The translations under genes and the position numbers were made by a program. Below the pieces are notes generated by a model. That model was not told the origin of the DNA, searched no databases, and worked only from the letters and a program-made list of their open reading frames with translations. A DNA stretch of 64,000 bases from Octopus bimaculoides (taxonomy: Eukaryota): the NCBI RefSeq assembly GCF_001194135.2, contig NC_068995.1:14396694-14460693 (forward strand), written 5' to 3'. This document shows, in pieces, positions 37,444 to 50,179 of the stretch (its first letter is position 1; each line of letters starts with the position of its first letter).

Positions 37444-37648
37444 ATGGCTTCAGAATGTTTAGACCCCTTGGAAGAATGCATTTCAAAAGCCTTACCAACA
37501 CAGCCTATTTCAGGCGTAAAAACTCTTGCAAAAACCCTGAGGGACATTGGCGTGGAAACTCTTGAGGACCTGCAGTATGTTGAAGCTTCAGATCTTTCAT
37601 CAGTTCTGAAACCAATCCAGATACGCAAACTTCTTCAACAAACCAAAC
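37444..37648 (+). CDS. Fusion gene coding exon 1: SAM-like domain (MASECLDPLEECISKALP...LRDIGVETLEDLQYVEASDLSSVLKPIQIRKLLQQTK)
   Basis: TTTTCAG acceptor at 37427, ATG at 37444, GTAAAT donor at 37649, phase 1. The L..IGVETLEDL.Y....DL...LKPIQ.RKLL pattern is SAM-like. Confidence 0.82.
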
Positions 37649-39940
37649 GTAAATATGTTTATATTGTTTTTAAGCAAATAAGCTCTGTATTCGTGTCATG
37701 TTATTGTTGTTTTTTGTTTAGAAAACTTATGATCAAAAGCATTCCAACTATGATGAACCTATCTCTTATTTTAGTATTGAAGCATTGTATATAAGTTGGG
37801 TCCTTGTTGCTGTGTGGTGGCTTAACCATTTAACATTCAGATTACTTTGTCAAATGTAATCCTTATTTATTCATACGGTTTTGAATTTAGCATACATTGT
37901 CTTGAAGTTATGAGATTTCAATGATGTGATTGTATAATTTTAGAATGACATTGTAAGGTAGGTGTGAGAGGCCTGATTTGGTCAGTTTGAACATAAAACA
38001 GGTAAAATATTTGGGCCTGATATGGCCAGTTTAAATGCTAAATGGTAAAGTGCCTCAGTGACTCTGAGAGCTATGTCAGAGGAACACAAGCTTCTGATTG
38101 AGCCTTCCATGCTGGACATGTCGAAGGATAGGGGCCAAACTAATATAGACTACCTTTTCCCCAGAGGTAAAAATGGGTTTGCTTAAGGCCAACACCCCTA
38201 CCTAAAGAAACACAAAGTCACAGAAATATCAAATGACAGTTCAAACCCAGCAAGATCTGGGAGAAGAATCTTGTTTCTTTCAGTAATCAGTGGATTCAGT
38301 GCTTTTGATAAAGCAGGGATCCAGCTGGAGAGAAGCAGAAAAGACAGCCTAGAGGTAAAACCGTTGGAGAGAAAGTCATTGATGGCAGTGGAAGGCTTAA
38401 AGCTAAAGCTAATGGGTGTGGGTTCAATCCATGCGTTTGTTGAAACAATACATAACAAAACAAACTCTAATTCTAGTGGAATAAATAAGTGACATCACAA
38501 GTAGAAAAACAACTTGAATGAGAGAATGTCCTTGGAATGGACAAAGAAATGAGAACAGTCTGCCAGTGGATTTTATAAAGGATTTTGTTCAAAATTCTGC
38601 AAATATTACCAAACTGGGCAAGCATCTGAAGAAGATTGGGGTTTAAAATGGCTGAAACATTGTAACTATAACAACCAAATTGAAGATACCAGTCTCAATA
38701 TTTCAATCATTGTCCTCATAATTTAATGTCCACTTTTCGATGCTTGCATGGGTCAGATGAAGTTTGCTGAGGCAAATTTTCTTTAACTAGATGCCCTTCC
38801 AGTCATCAAGCATCACTTGTTTCTAAGCAAAGAAATATTTCCCTTTGACTAGTCATGTTTGTCACAGAAGTCTGGAAACAAACAACCTCTCTTGCATCAT
38901 GATGATATTCATTTACAACCATCATGTGATATATAGACAAGGGTACACACACACACACATGCATATATTTACTACAAGCTGCTTTCAGTTTCATCTGCCA
39001 AATCCATTCACATAATCCAGGGCTACAGTGGGATTGAATCCAATTATGTCCATATATATATATATATTTGTGTTTCATAAAAGTGTGTCAGTTAATATTT
39101 TCTATCATTAAACCTTTCATGACTATATATATTTGCAATGAAATTCACAGCCTAATTTGGAAAATAATCTTGAAATTTGGAAGAATTTAGTAAACATATC
39201 TTTTTCATGAAGCTGATGTTTCATGTAATATGACTTAAAAAAATTATACTTATATAATAATAGTTTCACATTTTGGCACAAGGCCAGCAAATTCAGGGAA
39301 GGGGTAAGTCAGTTACATCACCCCCAGTGCTCAACTGGTATTTATTTTATTGACCCCGTAAAGATGAAAGGCAAAGTCAACCTTGGTAGAATTTGAACTC
39401 AGAATGTGAAGACAGACAAAATGTTGCTCAGTATTTTGTCTCGTGTGCTAATGATTCTGCCAGCTCACTGCCTTATATATAGTATTAAGATGAAAAGATT
39501 TAATTTAATTTAAGAATAAACATTTTAAAATTAGAGAAACAGAAGCCTTCTTGGGTGGTCTCAGATGAGTATCAAATGAATTAATATAATTAGAGGCAGT
39601 AAGGTGGAAAGCTGGTAGAATCATTATTACACGGGGCAAAATGCTTAGTGGTATTTCATCTGTTTTTTCATTCTGAGTTCAAATTTTGTGCAGGTCAACT
39701 TTGCCTTTCATCCTTTTGGGGTCGATAAAATAAGTACAAATTGAGCACAGGGGTCGATGTAATCGCCTTACCCCCACCCAGAATTGATGGCCTTGTGCCA
39801 AAATTTAAACCCAATGTAATTAGAGGCAATTTTAGGAGTGGGGGTAGTCTCAGGTGAGTTTGTATGAGAAGAATTAATGTAAATTAATATTTTGTATCCT
39901 TCATCATACAACTAATATCTGACCTTTTATTTTCTTTTAG

Positions 39941-41784
39941 TTGACTTGAACCAAACACCAACTACTCTGTACTCTTTACCTGGTCAAATACAGAATATGA
40001 TATCAAAGATTGGAGCACCTTTCCAGAATAACAACTTACAACAACCTGTGATAGGAAACCTACATAGTTCATTGCCAACTTCAGGAGTTTGTGTTCAACT
40101 TCCCCTACCTAAAATGACCACGTCAAATGTATCAAAACAAGCTATTGTAGAAAACTCACACAACTCCATCATGTATCCACATAATAACACTTCACCTCTT
40201 CTCTCTCTCAGTATGTCTGGCTCATCTCCTACCAATCAGTCCAGTCCTCAGCTGTCTAATGTAACTCATTATCAGAACCGCAACATACCACAGTACAGTA
40301 ATATGAACAATGTTATTCTGCCATCGACTCAGGTTGTTGAAGTGGCCCCAAACCTCCCTGCAGGTAATAATTCTGTGAAAGATATTTCTTCTGGTGTCAA
40401 CAGAGTAAGGGTAAGGAGTCAGTCGAAACGGGACAAACTTTCTCTGATGGCATCATCGCTTGAAAGAGATGATAACAGTTCTAAAGGCATCAGTCCTAGC
40501 TTGTCTTCTCTCACTCGTCTATGTTCAGTTTATGGCGGAGACAGAAAAGAAGTAGTTGAGATATCACCACAGCCTACAATCGATAATGCTGGATGGAATA
40601 CGGAAAACACTGAACCAAAATTGTCTGCAGCTGATCCTATTATTGTTAGTGATGATAGCAACTGTTCAACTACATCAGAGACTTTGAATTCTAAAAGTTT
40701 TGACAAGATGTCAGACAACAGTCTGATGACCCACACATCTGAATTATTACCTCTAGCAAATATAAACAATGATAAACAGCAGCAGCAACAACAACCCATG
40801 GATGTGTTTTCAGTTAATTCACCTCTTGGATTATATCCTGACAACAATTCCAATATGTTTGCTGATGAAAATTCAGAATGGGTCCAAAATTTTCAGATCC
40901 CCATTGATAAAATGCCTCCAGCCCTTATTCACGCTTTGAAGAACAAACAACGCCCAGAATCAAACCTTCGTCGAGAGATGATTCGTGTTGTTGTTGCAGA
41001 GGCAATAAAATTCTGTGCGAGACCAAACCGAAGACAGTTGTTTTTCATTGCACATAAAATGGTGAACGAATACCCTGAATCCTTGATGGACGATGCACTA
41101 AATTCCAATGGTAGACAAACTGGTTTTGACGCCATTTTGAAACAGTTGCAATCTCGTGTTGAAAATATCAATCGGTTTGACCGAGGACAGTTCCTTTACC
41201 AAAAGAAGTTAATGTCTTGGACTAAGACTCAGCAAAAATCTGATGCTGGCAATCAGAAATCAAGTAAGTTATTGAATAACTATGGCTGCATTAATTGGCA
41301 GCCACTAAAATTACCCGCAAACGAAACAAAATGGAGCCTGAGAATGAAACAGGATTTACTACGGAGCATCTACAACACAAAGTGGGATGTTGAATTTGTG
41401 GAAAAAGACATGATAACTACTTTCTTTTTCCAGAGAAAAGACATCAATAATGGTGCTTCCATCACCACATTACACAAAGACTGGCCTTTTCTCTTTGAAG
41501 AAATTGGGCTAATGGTTCATTTCAAAGAACTGACCACAATCGACATGAAAAGTGTTATGAGTGACTTTCTCAACAATAGTAAAGTGGAAACAATAATTAA
41601 TGTAATGAAATCACTTTTTTTAATGACTAACATAACCGATATAGAACAGATTCTCCAAACAGCTGCCAACTACAAGAAATGTGAGAAACAAAACTCTGAG
41701 AATGATATCAATGTTGCATTAATGATGCAACTTATAATGGTATATCTCGGTGAAGATATACAACATCTATTTCCTCTTGTACCA
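39941..41784 (+). CDS. Fusion gene coding exon 2 (1844 nt): S/N/P/Q-rich linker then SAMD3-like domain (FQIPIDKMP...GCINWQP...FQRKDIN...WPFLF...HFKELT)
   Basis: The only long ORF in the window. TTTTAG acceptor in phase 1 matches exon 1, and a GTTAGT donor follows in phase 0. The motifs resemble the widespread SAMD3-like uncharacterised protein family (recalled, not searched). Confidence 0.9.
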
Positions 41785-42194
41785 GTTAGTATTGTATTTT
41801 TATTCTATTCCTGTTGTTCTTTTATTCTTTTATTGGTGTCAGTCATTGGACTGTGACTATGCTGTGGCATCATCTTCAAAGGTTTTTAATTCATTATATC
41901 AACCACCCCTTCCAATACCAGTTAGGTAATATATTTTATTGTTCTGTACTGTTATTGTTCTGTACTGTTACAGAACTTAAAGTTGGTTGTAAGGGTTTAC
42001 AATACAGTGTGTTGTTGTTGGTGTTTAGCTTTAAGACAATCCTGATTGAGCAGACCCATATATGAATGTTTATATGTACAGGGCAGAAAGAATGGACGTT
42101 TTTGAAATATCTATTACTCAGCCCCAGGGAAAGAGACATATGTTTGACAGGTACCATTTGGTCCATGGTGTCTTTACATTTTTTTTCTTTTCAG

Positions 42195-42750
42195 GTGAAG
42201 CTATGGTGCTGTGGATGATAGAGAATTGTGTGTTTGCCTATGACAGTTACATGAAGAATGATGAGTGTCAGAGCAGTTCAGCGTGAGTTTCAGCACCACT
42301 TCAATATTCACCAAAACCAGGCTGTTCCCACCTATAACACAATCCTACATTTGGTGAATGCATTTCGTACATGAGGCACACTAATGAATAGGAGACTGGT
42401 GGGGGTGCCACAAATGGTACGAACCCTGGAAAATGTGGAATGTGTCAGACAAGCTTTGATACAGAGTCCGAATCACTCTGCTTGGAGACATTCCAATAAA
42501 CTTCACATTGATAATTGATCAGTAAGGCGTATTTTGCATGAGGACCTGAATTTCTACCCATACAAATTGGTCATTGGGTAACAGTTGAAACCATGGGGCT
42601 ATGCACAGTGGCTTAACTTCGCATGTCAGATGGATGCAAATTTAGAGACAAATGACAACCCCTTTTTGTTAATGACTGATGAAGCTTATTTTCATCTCAG
42701 TGGCATGGTGAATCAACAGAGCTGTCATTATTGGGCTCCTGAAAATCCAA
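42195..42750 (+). mobile_element. Decayed Tc1/mariner transposase (rosa/DD41D-like)
   Basis: Across stops it reads VQREFQHHF..P.YNTI...VNAFRT.G...R..ENVECVRQA...SP.HS..R...SVRRILHEDL.FYPYK...TDEAYFHLSG.VNQQSCHYWAPENP. Confidence 0.8.
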
Positions 42751-43027
42751 GCAGAAGTAACAGAGTGACTCAAGGTTTGAGAGTTTTGTGCACTGACACT
42801 TAAAGTACCAAGGCATGAAACTCTTGGACCTTGAATTAATAATCTATACATATATATTTGTCCGATCCATGTCAGTGTGGAAAATGGATATTAAATGATG
42901 ACGATGATATCTACATATGTTTGCATGTGTGTGTGCAAAAATATGCACACACACACACACATATATTAATATATATATTATTCATATTGTGTTTATTTAT
43001 CTTTTCCTTCTTTGTTCTCTTACATAG

Positions 43028-43094
43028 GTGAATTATACTGTAACCGACTTAGAATCCTCCAACATTCCCGAAACTCCATGTCTCATTGCCTGCG
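43028..43094 (+). CDS. Fusion gene coding exon 3 (VNYTVTDLESSNIPETPCLIAC)
   Basis: TAG/GTATGT junctions, phase 0/1. Has the P.TPCLI..G motif of the SAMD3-like C-terminal region. Confidence 0.85.
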
Positions 43095-43863
43095 GTATGT
43101 ATGTTCTTACATATTTATAATTAAAATTATATTAATCATGTATTTTTTTATATGATGTCTTTTAACTATCCATGAGTATTTTTTTTGTTATTATTCCTTG
43201 GTTTTCTTTAACTGCATTAGTTTGTTTGTTATATATCTACTGTTCATTCATATAAACACTTATGTTTGGTCTGTGTGTGTGTATATATATATGTGCACAT
43301 CTATATGCATTTGTGTGTCTGTATGCACATGTATGCTTGAATGATTAATATATATATATATATATATATATGCACATGTGTGGTTGTTCAGTCAAAATGT
43401 TTACTTCTCAACCACAAGGTTTTAGGTCCAATCCCATAGCACAAAACCTTCAGCAAGTGTCCTTTACTATGGCCTCAGACCAACGAAAGCCTTGACAGTG
43501 TGTGTGTGTCTCTCTCTCTCTCTATATATATATAATGTGGGCGTGTATGTTTTGTATCTCCTTGTTTAAACATCATGTGACAGTTGTAATTGATTGTCAG
43601 TGTCACACAAGCAATGTCATTCATTTCCAATATTCTACAAAAACATGTCTAGTTATGGGGGAAATATTGCCTTGCCTAGAAACAGATGAGGGTTGGTGAC
43701 AGGAAGAGCATCTAACTGTGGAAAATCAGCCTCAATGACGACAATGACAACAACGATTAACAATGATTTTAGAGTTGAATATTTTACTTTATTACATGTT
43801 TATCATATGTGTTATTTGTTTACTTTTTAGTTTATTTATTGTTTGTTTGTTTTTCAATTTTAG

Positions 43864-44032
43864 GTGATTCATTGTTGAATTCCTGTAAGTTTCTGCTTTG
43901 TGTTGATGGTACTGTTGTCAATGAACAGATCACTAGTTTCGTAACTGGTCTCTGTATGATGTTCGCATCTTACTACTGCTTCAACATCTGCTACAATCAA
44001 GAGGCACCTTCAACACTGGAATTTGTTCAAAG
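43864..44032 (+). CDS. Fusion gene coding exon 4 (GDSLLNSCKFLLCVDG...FASYYCFNICYNQEAPSTLEFVQR)
   Basis: TAG/GTTTGT junctions, phase 1/2. Contains the family hallmark F..YY.FN..Y...A..TLEF.QR. Confidence 0.9.
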
Positions 44033-44710
44033 GTTTGTTACCAACTTCTTAACAATAAGAGATACTAAGAAACTGCTTTTCATTGTTGCTTATGCATGTG
44101 AAGTGTCAAAACATTTACTGGATCATATATTAATACATGGATGGCATGCATCTGTTGTTACTGACAATGTGATCCAACAAAACTGATTGAAGCCACATTA
44201 GGTGGTCCTTCTGGGTATGTGGGTATTAGAAAATGCCTCACAGAGTGATGACTATGCCTTGCATAGTTACAGGGTGCCCTTTAGCAAGGCATGATAATCA
44301 TTCAGCCACCCTGCCAGGGATATGGTGAAATCATGGGACTACAAGTATGGCAGATTGGGAAGAGATAACAGAAGAGCTCAACTGAGCCAATGGGGCTTCT
44401 TACATTGATGCTGAGCAGAGGAATCCAAGATCAATGGTCAGGGTCACTAAGCTCTATCAAGAGAGTAGTTGCAACACAACCATAGAAGTGGTGTCCATGG
44501 TTGTGTAATCAGCTAATGAAAGATTCTCTGTGACTCAAGCTCTCAATTCAAATTCATAATAATGGAATTGGATGATAACAGAAAGTCATGGGAATCTGTG
44601 AAAGCAACAGGAAAAAAACAATGGTGGTTCTTACTTGGTTCTACCTGGGTTGGAGGAAAGGCAAGGCCAATATTTCTTGGCAATAAAGTGTAGGAGTTGC
44701 CAAGAGAGTA

Positions 44711-45128
44711 GGCGCAGAAGTGGCTGTGCGGTAAGTAGCTTGCTTACGAACCACATGGTTCTGGGTTCAGTCCCACTGTGTGGCACCTTGGGCAAGTGTC
44801 TTCTACTATAGCTTCGGGCCGACCAAAGCCATGTGAGTGGATTTGGTAGACGGAAACTGAAAGAAGCCCGTCGTATATATGTATGTGTGTGTGTGTGTAT
44901 ATGTTTGTGTGCCTGTGTTTGTCCCCCCAACATCGCTTGACAACCGATGCTGGTGTGTTTACGGCCCCCGTAACTTAGCAGTTCGGCAAAAGAAACCGAT
45001 AGAATAAGTACTAGGCTTCCCAAGAATAAGTCTTGGGGTCGATTTGCTCGACTAAAGGCGGTGCTCCAGCATGGCCACAGTCAAATGACTGAAACAAGTA
45101 AAAGAGTAAATGAGAGTAAAGAGTAAGC
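44711..45128 (+). mobile_element. tRNA-derived SINE family B (CORE-like), full length; many other copies (e.g. 8678-8840, 9820-10075, 12460-12745, 27950-28540, 29690-29835, 35380-35610, 54040-54415, 58680-59360)
   Basis: GTGGCTGTG.GGTAAG head, GGTTCAGTCCCACTG.GTGGCACCTTGGGCAAGTG core, internal (TA/TG)n, GAGTAAA tail. Confidence 0.85.
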
Positions 45129-45427
45129 AATGCTAAACTCGAAAACCTCAAATCAAACCATATTGTCCTAAAAGAGACAGAACACTTTAAATAAATTGGT
45201 CTTGGATAGTTCACAGTTGGAAACATCATTGTTGGTGTGGAGAGGGGAGTCTGGTATGCATGGGCGACTGCTGCACTTCCACAAACAACCTTGCCAGGAC
45301 TTGTGCCTCAGAGGGGCACAAGTCTGGGCAAGGACTTATTCTAAATTCAAGGGGTCATATTATTCATTTCAGATCTAACAGGCTAAAAAATATCACTAAA
45401 TTACAATTTTTGTTTCTTCTTTGATAG

Positions 45428-45554
45428 GTGTTTGTTTGATATTAATCCTATGAAAGGCTCCAAATTTGATCACCAGAAATTCAATAACAAACATTTTGTT
45501 GTTCATCCTAAGATCAATACACTCTTGAAATCTTTGATTGATTTAGGCTTTCAG
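45428..45554 (+). CDS. Fusion gene coding exon 5 (CLFDINPMKGSKFDHQKFNNKHFVVHPKINTLLKSLIDLGFQ)
   Basis: TAG/GTAAGA junctions, phase 2/0. Has the C...INP.KGSK....V.P.V..LL..L.DF motif and ends in a strong donor rather than a stop. Confidence 0.88.
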
Positions 45555-46083
45555 GTAAGACTATTTGTTTGTCACCTGTCTTTTCTTGTTTCTTTTTTCA
45601 GTGTATCTGTGTGTGTATGAATGTATGTAACTATGTATATATGAGTGTGTGTGTGTGTCCCTGTGTCGTATGTGATGGTTGTAAACGAACATCCCCATCA
45701 TACAACTAATGTTATTCATTTCTAATCTTCCATGAAAAACATGTCTGGCCACAGGAAAATATTACCTTGTTTGGAAGCAGGTGAGGCTTGGTAACAAGGG
45801 CATCTGGTTGTAGAAAATCTCCCTCACCAAATTCCGTCTGACCCATCAAGTATGAAAAAGTGGACATTAAATGATCATGATCTACATTATATATATGTAT
45901 ATATATAATATTTATATCAATATAAGGAACCTGATGTAGACTCTGGCCTTGCCTGTTCCTGTCGAGCCATCTAATTCATGCCAGCATGGAAAACAGGTTT
46001 CCGTTTTCCATGCTGTCATGGGTTAGACAGCTCAACAGGAACTGGCAAGGCCAGGATCTACACCAGGTTCCTTACAATAATAC

Positions 46084-46159
<76 letters not shown>

Positions 46160-46811
46160 TATATATATATTTATAAAAAAGAAGTTTGAAAACGCCAATA
46201 TATAAAAGATGAATTTTAATTTATAATTTTGTCAGATATTTTTAACATGTTTCGGTTCTTGAAAAAACGAACCTTATCAAAAATACATATTTAAAAAAAT
46301 GAAATTAAATGAAAAGTTCATAATTGTTCCTTACTGGTGTCAACAGTCCACGTGGGAGCATTTTTTGTTGGTTGTTGTAGTAGTAGTGACCGTGTTGGTA
46401 ATGGTAAATGGCAGTGACCTTATACATATATATCATTTAATGTCCACTTTTTCATGCTTGATGGGTCAGACGGAATTTGTTGAGGGAAATTTTCTAACAC
46501 CAGGTCATTTTGCCTTGTGTAGTGGGCACATTATATTTTGGCACCAGCACTAGAGAAGTCATTATGTCATCTGCAAGACTAAAGATTTGTTTCTCTTCTA
46601 TATTAGTGCCATGTAAAAAGGTAGCCTGTACACTTTGTAAGACAGTTGGCATTGGGAAGGGCATCCAGCTGTAGAAACCAAGCCAAAGCAAACTATGGAA
46701 CTTGGTGCTGCCCCTGGCCTTGCCAGTTCAGTTCCTGTCAAGCCGTCCAACCCATGCCAGCATAGAAAATGGACGTTTAATATTAATGATGACGCACATT
46801 GGTCACCATTT

Positions 46812-46982
46812 AAATAGAGGTACCGATGTATCTACGTAACGATATAGAGGGGAGGTAATCTAGTTTTACCAAAACTAGTGACTTCCCATAGCCCTAACCT
46901 TAAAACATTAACAGTAGTTTTGGTAAAACTAGATTACCTCCCCTTCATATCGCTACGTAGATTCATCGGGACCTCTGTATTT
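46812..46982. repeat. Hairpin MITE with ~65-bp arms
   Basis: GAGGTACCGATGTATCTACGTA...GGGAGGTAATCTAGTTTTACCAAAACTA pairs with TAGTTTTGGTAAAACTAGATTACCTCCC...TACGTAGATTCATCGGGACCTC. The loop contains CCCTAACC. Confidence 0.8.
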
Positions 46983-47510
46983 AAGTAGTGTTGATGATTG
47001 TTTTTGTTTGTTTAATAACCATTTTATGAAGTACATTAGGTGCATTTTAATTGGGTACCAGCACATCTGAAGCCGCCTTGTCGTCTATAGAACTACAGAA
47101 TCTTCTCTTTTCTCTGTTGTTTCTCTTCGTTCAATGCAAATGTAACGAAGAGGGTGAGTAGAATAGGCAGTGATTATCAAGTGTGTGGAATAAGTGAGAG
47201 CGTGAGTATGAGTGGGGAAATAGTGATAGAAGCAAAGAGGAAGGTAAAGCGGAGGAAGTAGTGAAAGAGAGAGACAATAAAAATTACGTTGGTTTCTTTC
47301 AGGGAGATTGACTAGAGAAAGTGCATGAATTGTTGCGATTGTAGGAGAGGATGCGGAGTGAATCAGTGAGAGTGACATGGGAATAGAAGAGAAAGTGTAT
47401 GGGTGGTGTTAGGAAAGACTGGATGTAGATAAATCTGATGTCGTCCTTCATTAATCAGGTGTCATGATAAATGATGTTGATGGACGGTATTGGATATGGA
47501 CAGAACGGTA

Positions 47511-47963
47511 GACTATATGTAATCTGAACCTCCCCCCCGCCTTATTTATTAATTTTTTTTTACGGAATCCCACGTTTTAGGCTATGGAGATTCCGATTCT
47601 GAAAAAAAATTGTTTGAAAAATTTCAATTACCCCACCACCACCACCAAGCAGGCTATTTACATGCTAGAAATAACAGCCAAATCTCACAAAACTAGTGTT
47701 AGGTTTAGGGTTAGGGTTAGGGTTTGAGTTAGGGTTAGGTTTACCCTGTGGATCTATATAANNNNNNNNNNNNNNNNNNNNNNNNNNNNNNNNNNNNNNN
47801 NNNNNNNNNNNNNNNNNNNNNNNNNNNNNNGAAATCGAAATTTTGAAATTGAGAGTTTTGAAATTTTTTTTTTCAGAATCGTAATCTCCATAGCCTAAAA
47901 CGTGGGATTCCGTAAAAAAAAAAAAAATAAATAAGTGGGGAAAGGTTCAGATTACATATAGTC
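47511..47963. repeat. Inverted-repeat element (~120-bp arms) around TTAGGG-like repeats and an N-gap
   Basis: GACTATATGTAATCTGAACC...TTACGGAATCCCACGTTTTAGGCTATGGAGATT mirrors 47845-47963. TTAGGG variants lie at 47698-47745. Confidence 0.75.
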
Positions 47964-48072
47964 CATCTGGACCGACAGATCATATGTCGTATCTTGTTAC
48001 AAGGGCGATATGTTACGGGTGAATATGAAAAAGGTGGATGAAAAATGAAGACTTTAAATATAATGAGCTAAA

Positions 48073-48165
48073 TGGCGAAGGTAAAGAATACACACACCCG
48101 GTGTTTAGGTTTAGGGCTAAGGTTACGCCGAAAACGGGTGGTGTGCGTATTCTTTACCTCCGCCA
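48073..48165. repeat. 93-bp hairpin with a TTAGG(G)-like loop
   Basis: TGGCGAAGGTAAAGAATACACACACCCG pairs with CGGGTGGTGTGCGTATTCTTTACCTCCGCCA. The loop includes TTTAGGTTTAGGG. Confidence 0.7.
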
Positions 48166-49985
48166 GATGAATATAATGATGATAGATATAAAGGAAGCCT
48201 AGACTGAAAATATATAAATACTTAACTGGAATGTAATGGGTTAGAAACCATTCTATATAATAAATTTATGATTGTACCTTCAAATTCATATATTACAGGA
48301 CGTTGTATTTTCTCTAGGTTCACGAAACAAGTTAGGTTACTTTAAATGAAATATATTGGTTGAACATAATTACCTCCCCTTTTGTACGTTCTTTCTGAAG
48401 AATAATTTTTAACCCATAAAATGCTGCAATTTGCACTTACATAGCATGGACTGCTGAGCACATTTTATGAAAATGAGACTACTATTCACACATAAATAAC
48501 AAAAAATAGCTAAAATATTGGATCTTTTCCTTTTGGCCGGCACATTGAAAAAATAATTTTTTGTTACTAAACACTTTCAAATTTCATATACTGGTAGAAT
48601 GTGCCATTTAAAACATCATTTACTCTTGGCGTTTTTAAGAAAAAAATTTTATTTTCGAAGTTATTTCGTGTTAAAGTTGTCGTATTTCGGTAATTTCAGC
48701 CAATCAATTACGTCTATTGAGGTGAAAACAATTACTGCTGTGGTTTGTCAACTAGATGTTCTGGCGGTGTAAATTTACTTTGTCACTGATATTTCTGATA
48801 TATTTACATTTGAGATACACGTGTATATAGTTTAATCAATTCAGTTATTAGTTATTTAAAAAAAAATTTCAGTCTATTTTGTTTGTGGAAGTATTTTCAT
48901 TTTGTTTTAGCATTTTCGAATTTGCCAATTTTAGGGTCTTTTCCCATGAATAAAATTACTGCCGTTGTTTGTCACCAACAACTATCGGCGGTATATATTT
49001 CGTTTGTCACTGTTATTTATGACATCGTTTGTGCGTTTCTACTGGTTTTAGCTTTGGGGTTTTAGGGTTTTAGAGTTAGGGTTTTAGGGTCAGCGTTAGA
49101 GTTTTAGGGAAAAAGCTATCCTAAAGCGACTCAAGTTTTTTGTCATTATGGTATTTGTACATTCTCCCTACAAAGGATGTCCATGTGTATGTGTGTGTAG
49201 TACGTATACATTTCTACAGTTTTCAACCGATTTTCACCAAACTTTGTACACACATTACTTATGTGCCAAGGATGGTCATACACTATAACATTTTGCCCAG
49301 ATCTTCTGCTTAAAGTGAGAGACCGTGACAAACAGTGTTTTACAACAAGGCTGCATAATAATCTGTTCTATTATAGACACAAGGCTTGAAGTTTGGGAGA
49401 GGGGACTATTAGATTACTTTGACCCTACTGCTTAACTGCCACTCATCTTATCAACCCTGAAAGGTTGAAAGTCAAAGTCAACCTTGGTGGAGTTTGAACT
49501 CAGAATGAAAAGACAAATGAAATGCCGCTAAACATTTTGTTTGCATGTTAACAATTCTGCCAGATCGCCACCTTCAACTTGATTAAAAAGAGTAATTAAC
49601 TAATCTCCCTCCCCACACTCTATAATTATTTCTAGTTAACTTTTTAATTCTCCTAACATTGGATATAATAAGATTAAAAATAAAAATCCAATATATGCTC
49701 CAGAAGCAGTATTAGATTAAGATAGCCCTCTATGTATCATACTTAATGTAAATACATTGTGAAAGGAAAGTTTACTGTGGTATTCATCTGGAGATATATC
49801 TCATGGATTTGTGTTATAATGTGCCTTGAAACATAACCTGTCTATAAGAGATATTATCTCTGGACAAATACTGCAGTAAATTGCCTTTCATGATGTTTTT
49901 ACATTAAGAATGATACACAGATAGCTATTTAAACTTAACACACACACACATTGATAAATCAATTTACTTACATTTCTTAATTTAG

Positions 49986-50179
49986 GTGTCTCCAGAACTC
50001 AGTGGCTGTGTATCGAACAGGAAATCAAGAACTCCTGATTCCTCAGATATCTCAAGATGGTCTTTGGAAACGACAAACAATTCCAATGATTCTGATCTTC
50101 CAGCTTTATCTTCTCTTTGTCCAACAACAACAGCAGCAGACAACACTCAGAATTTCCCATCTTTAACAGATAAACCAAG
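49986..50179 (+). CDS. Fusion gene coding exon 6 (VSPELSGCVSNRKSRTPDSS...PSLTDKP)
   Basis: TTTAG/GTATTT junctions, phase 0/2, open S/T-rich frame. Support comes from phase consistency only. Confidence 0.65.

Noticed and set aside
40530-41171. Antisense ORFs inside the large exon
   Set aside because: They are shadows of the coding strand with no recognisable domain.
39946-41856. 636-aa ORF as a stand-alone single-exon gene
   Set aside because: It starts at TTG just after a splice acceptor and reads into an intron after the 41785 donor, so it is an internal exon.
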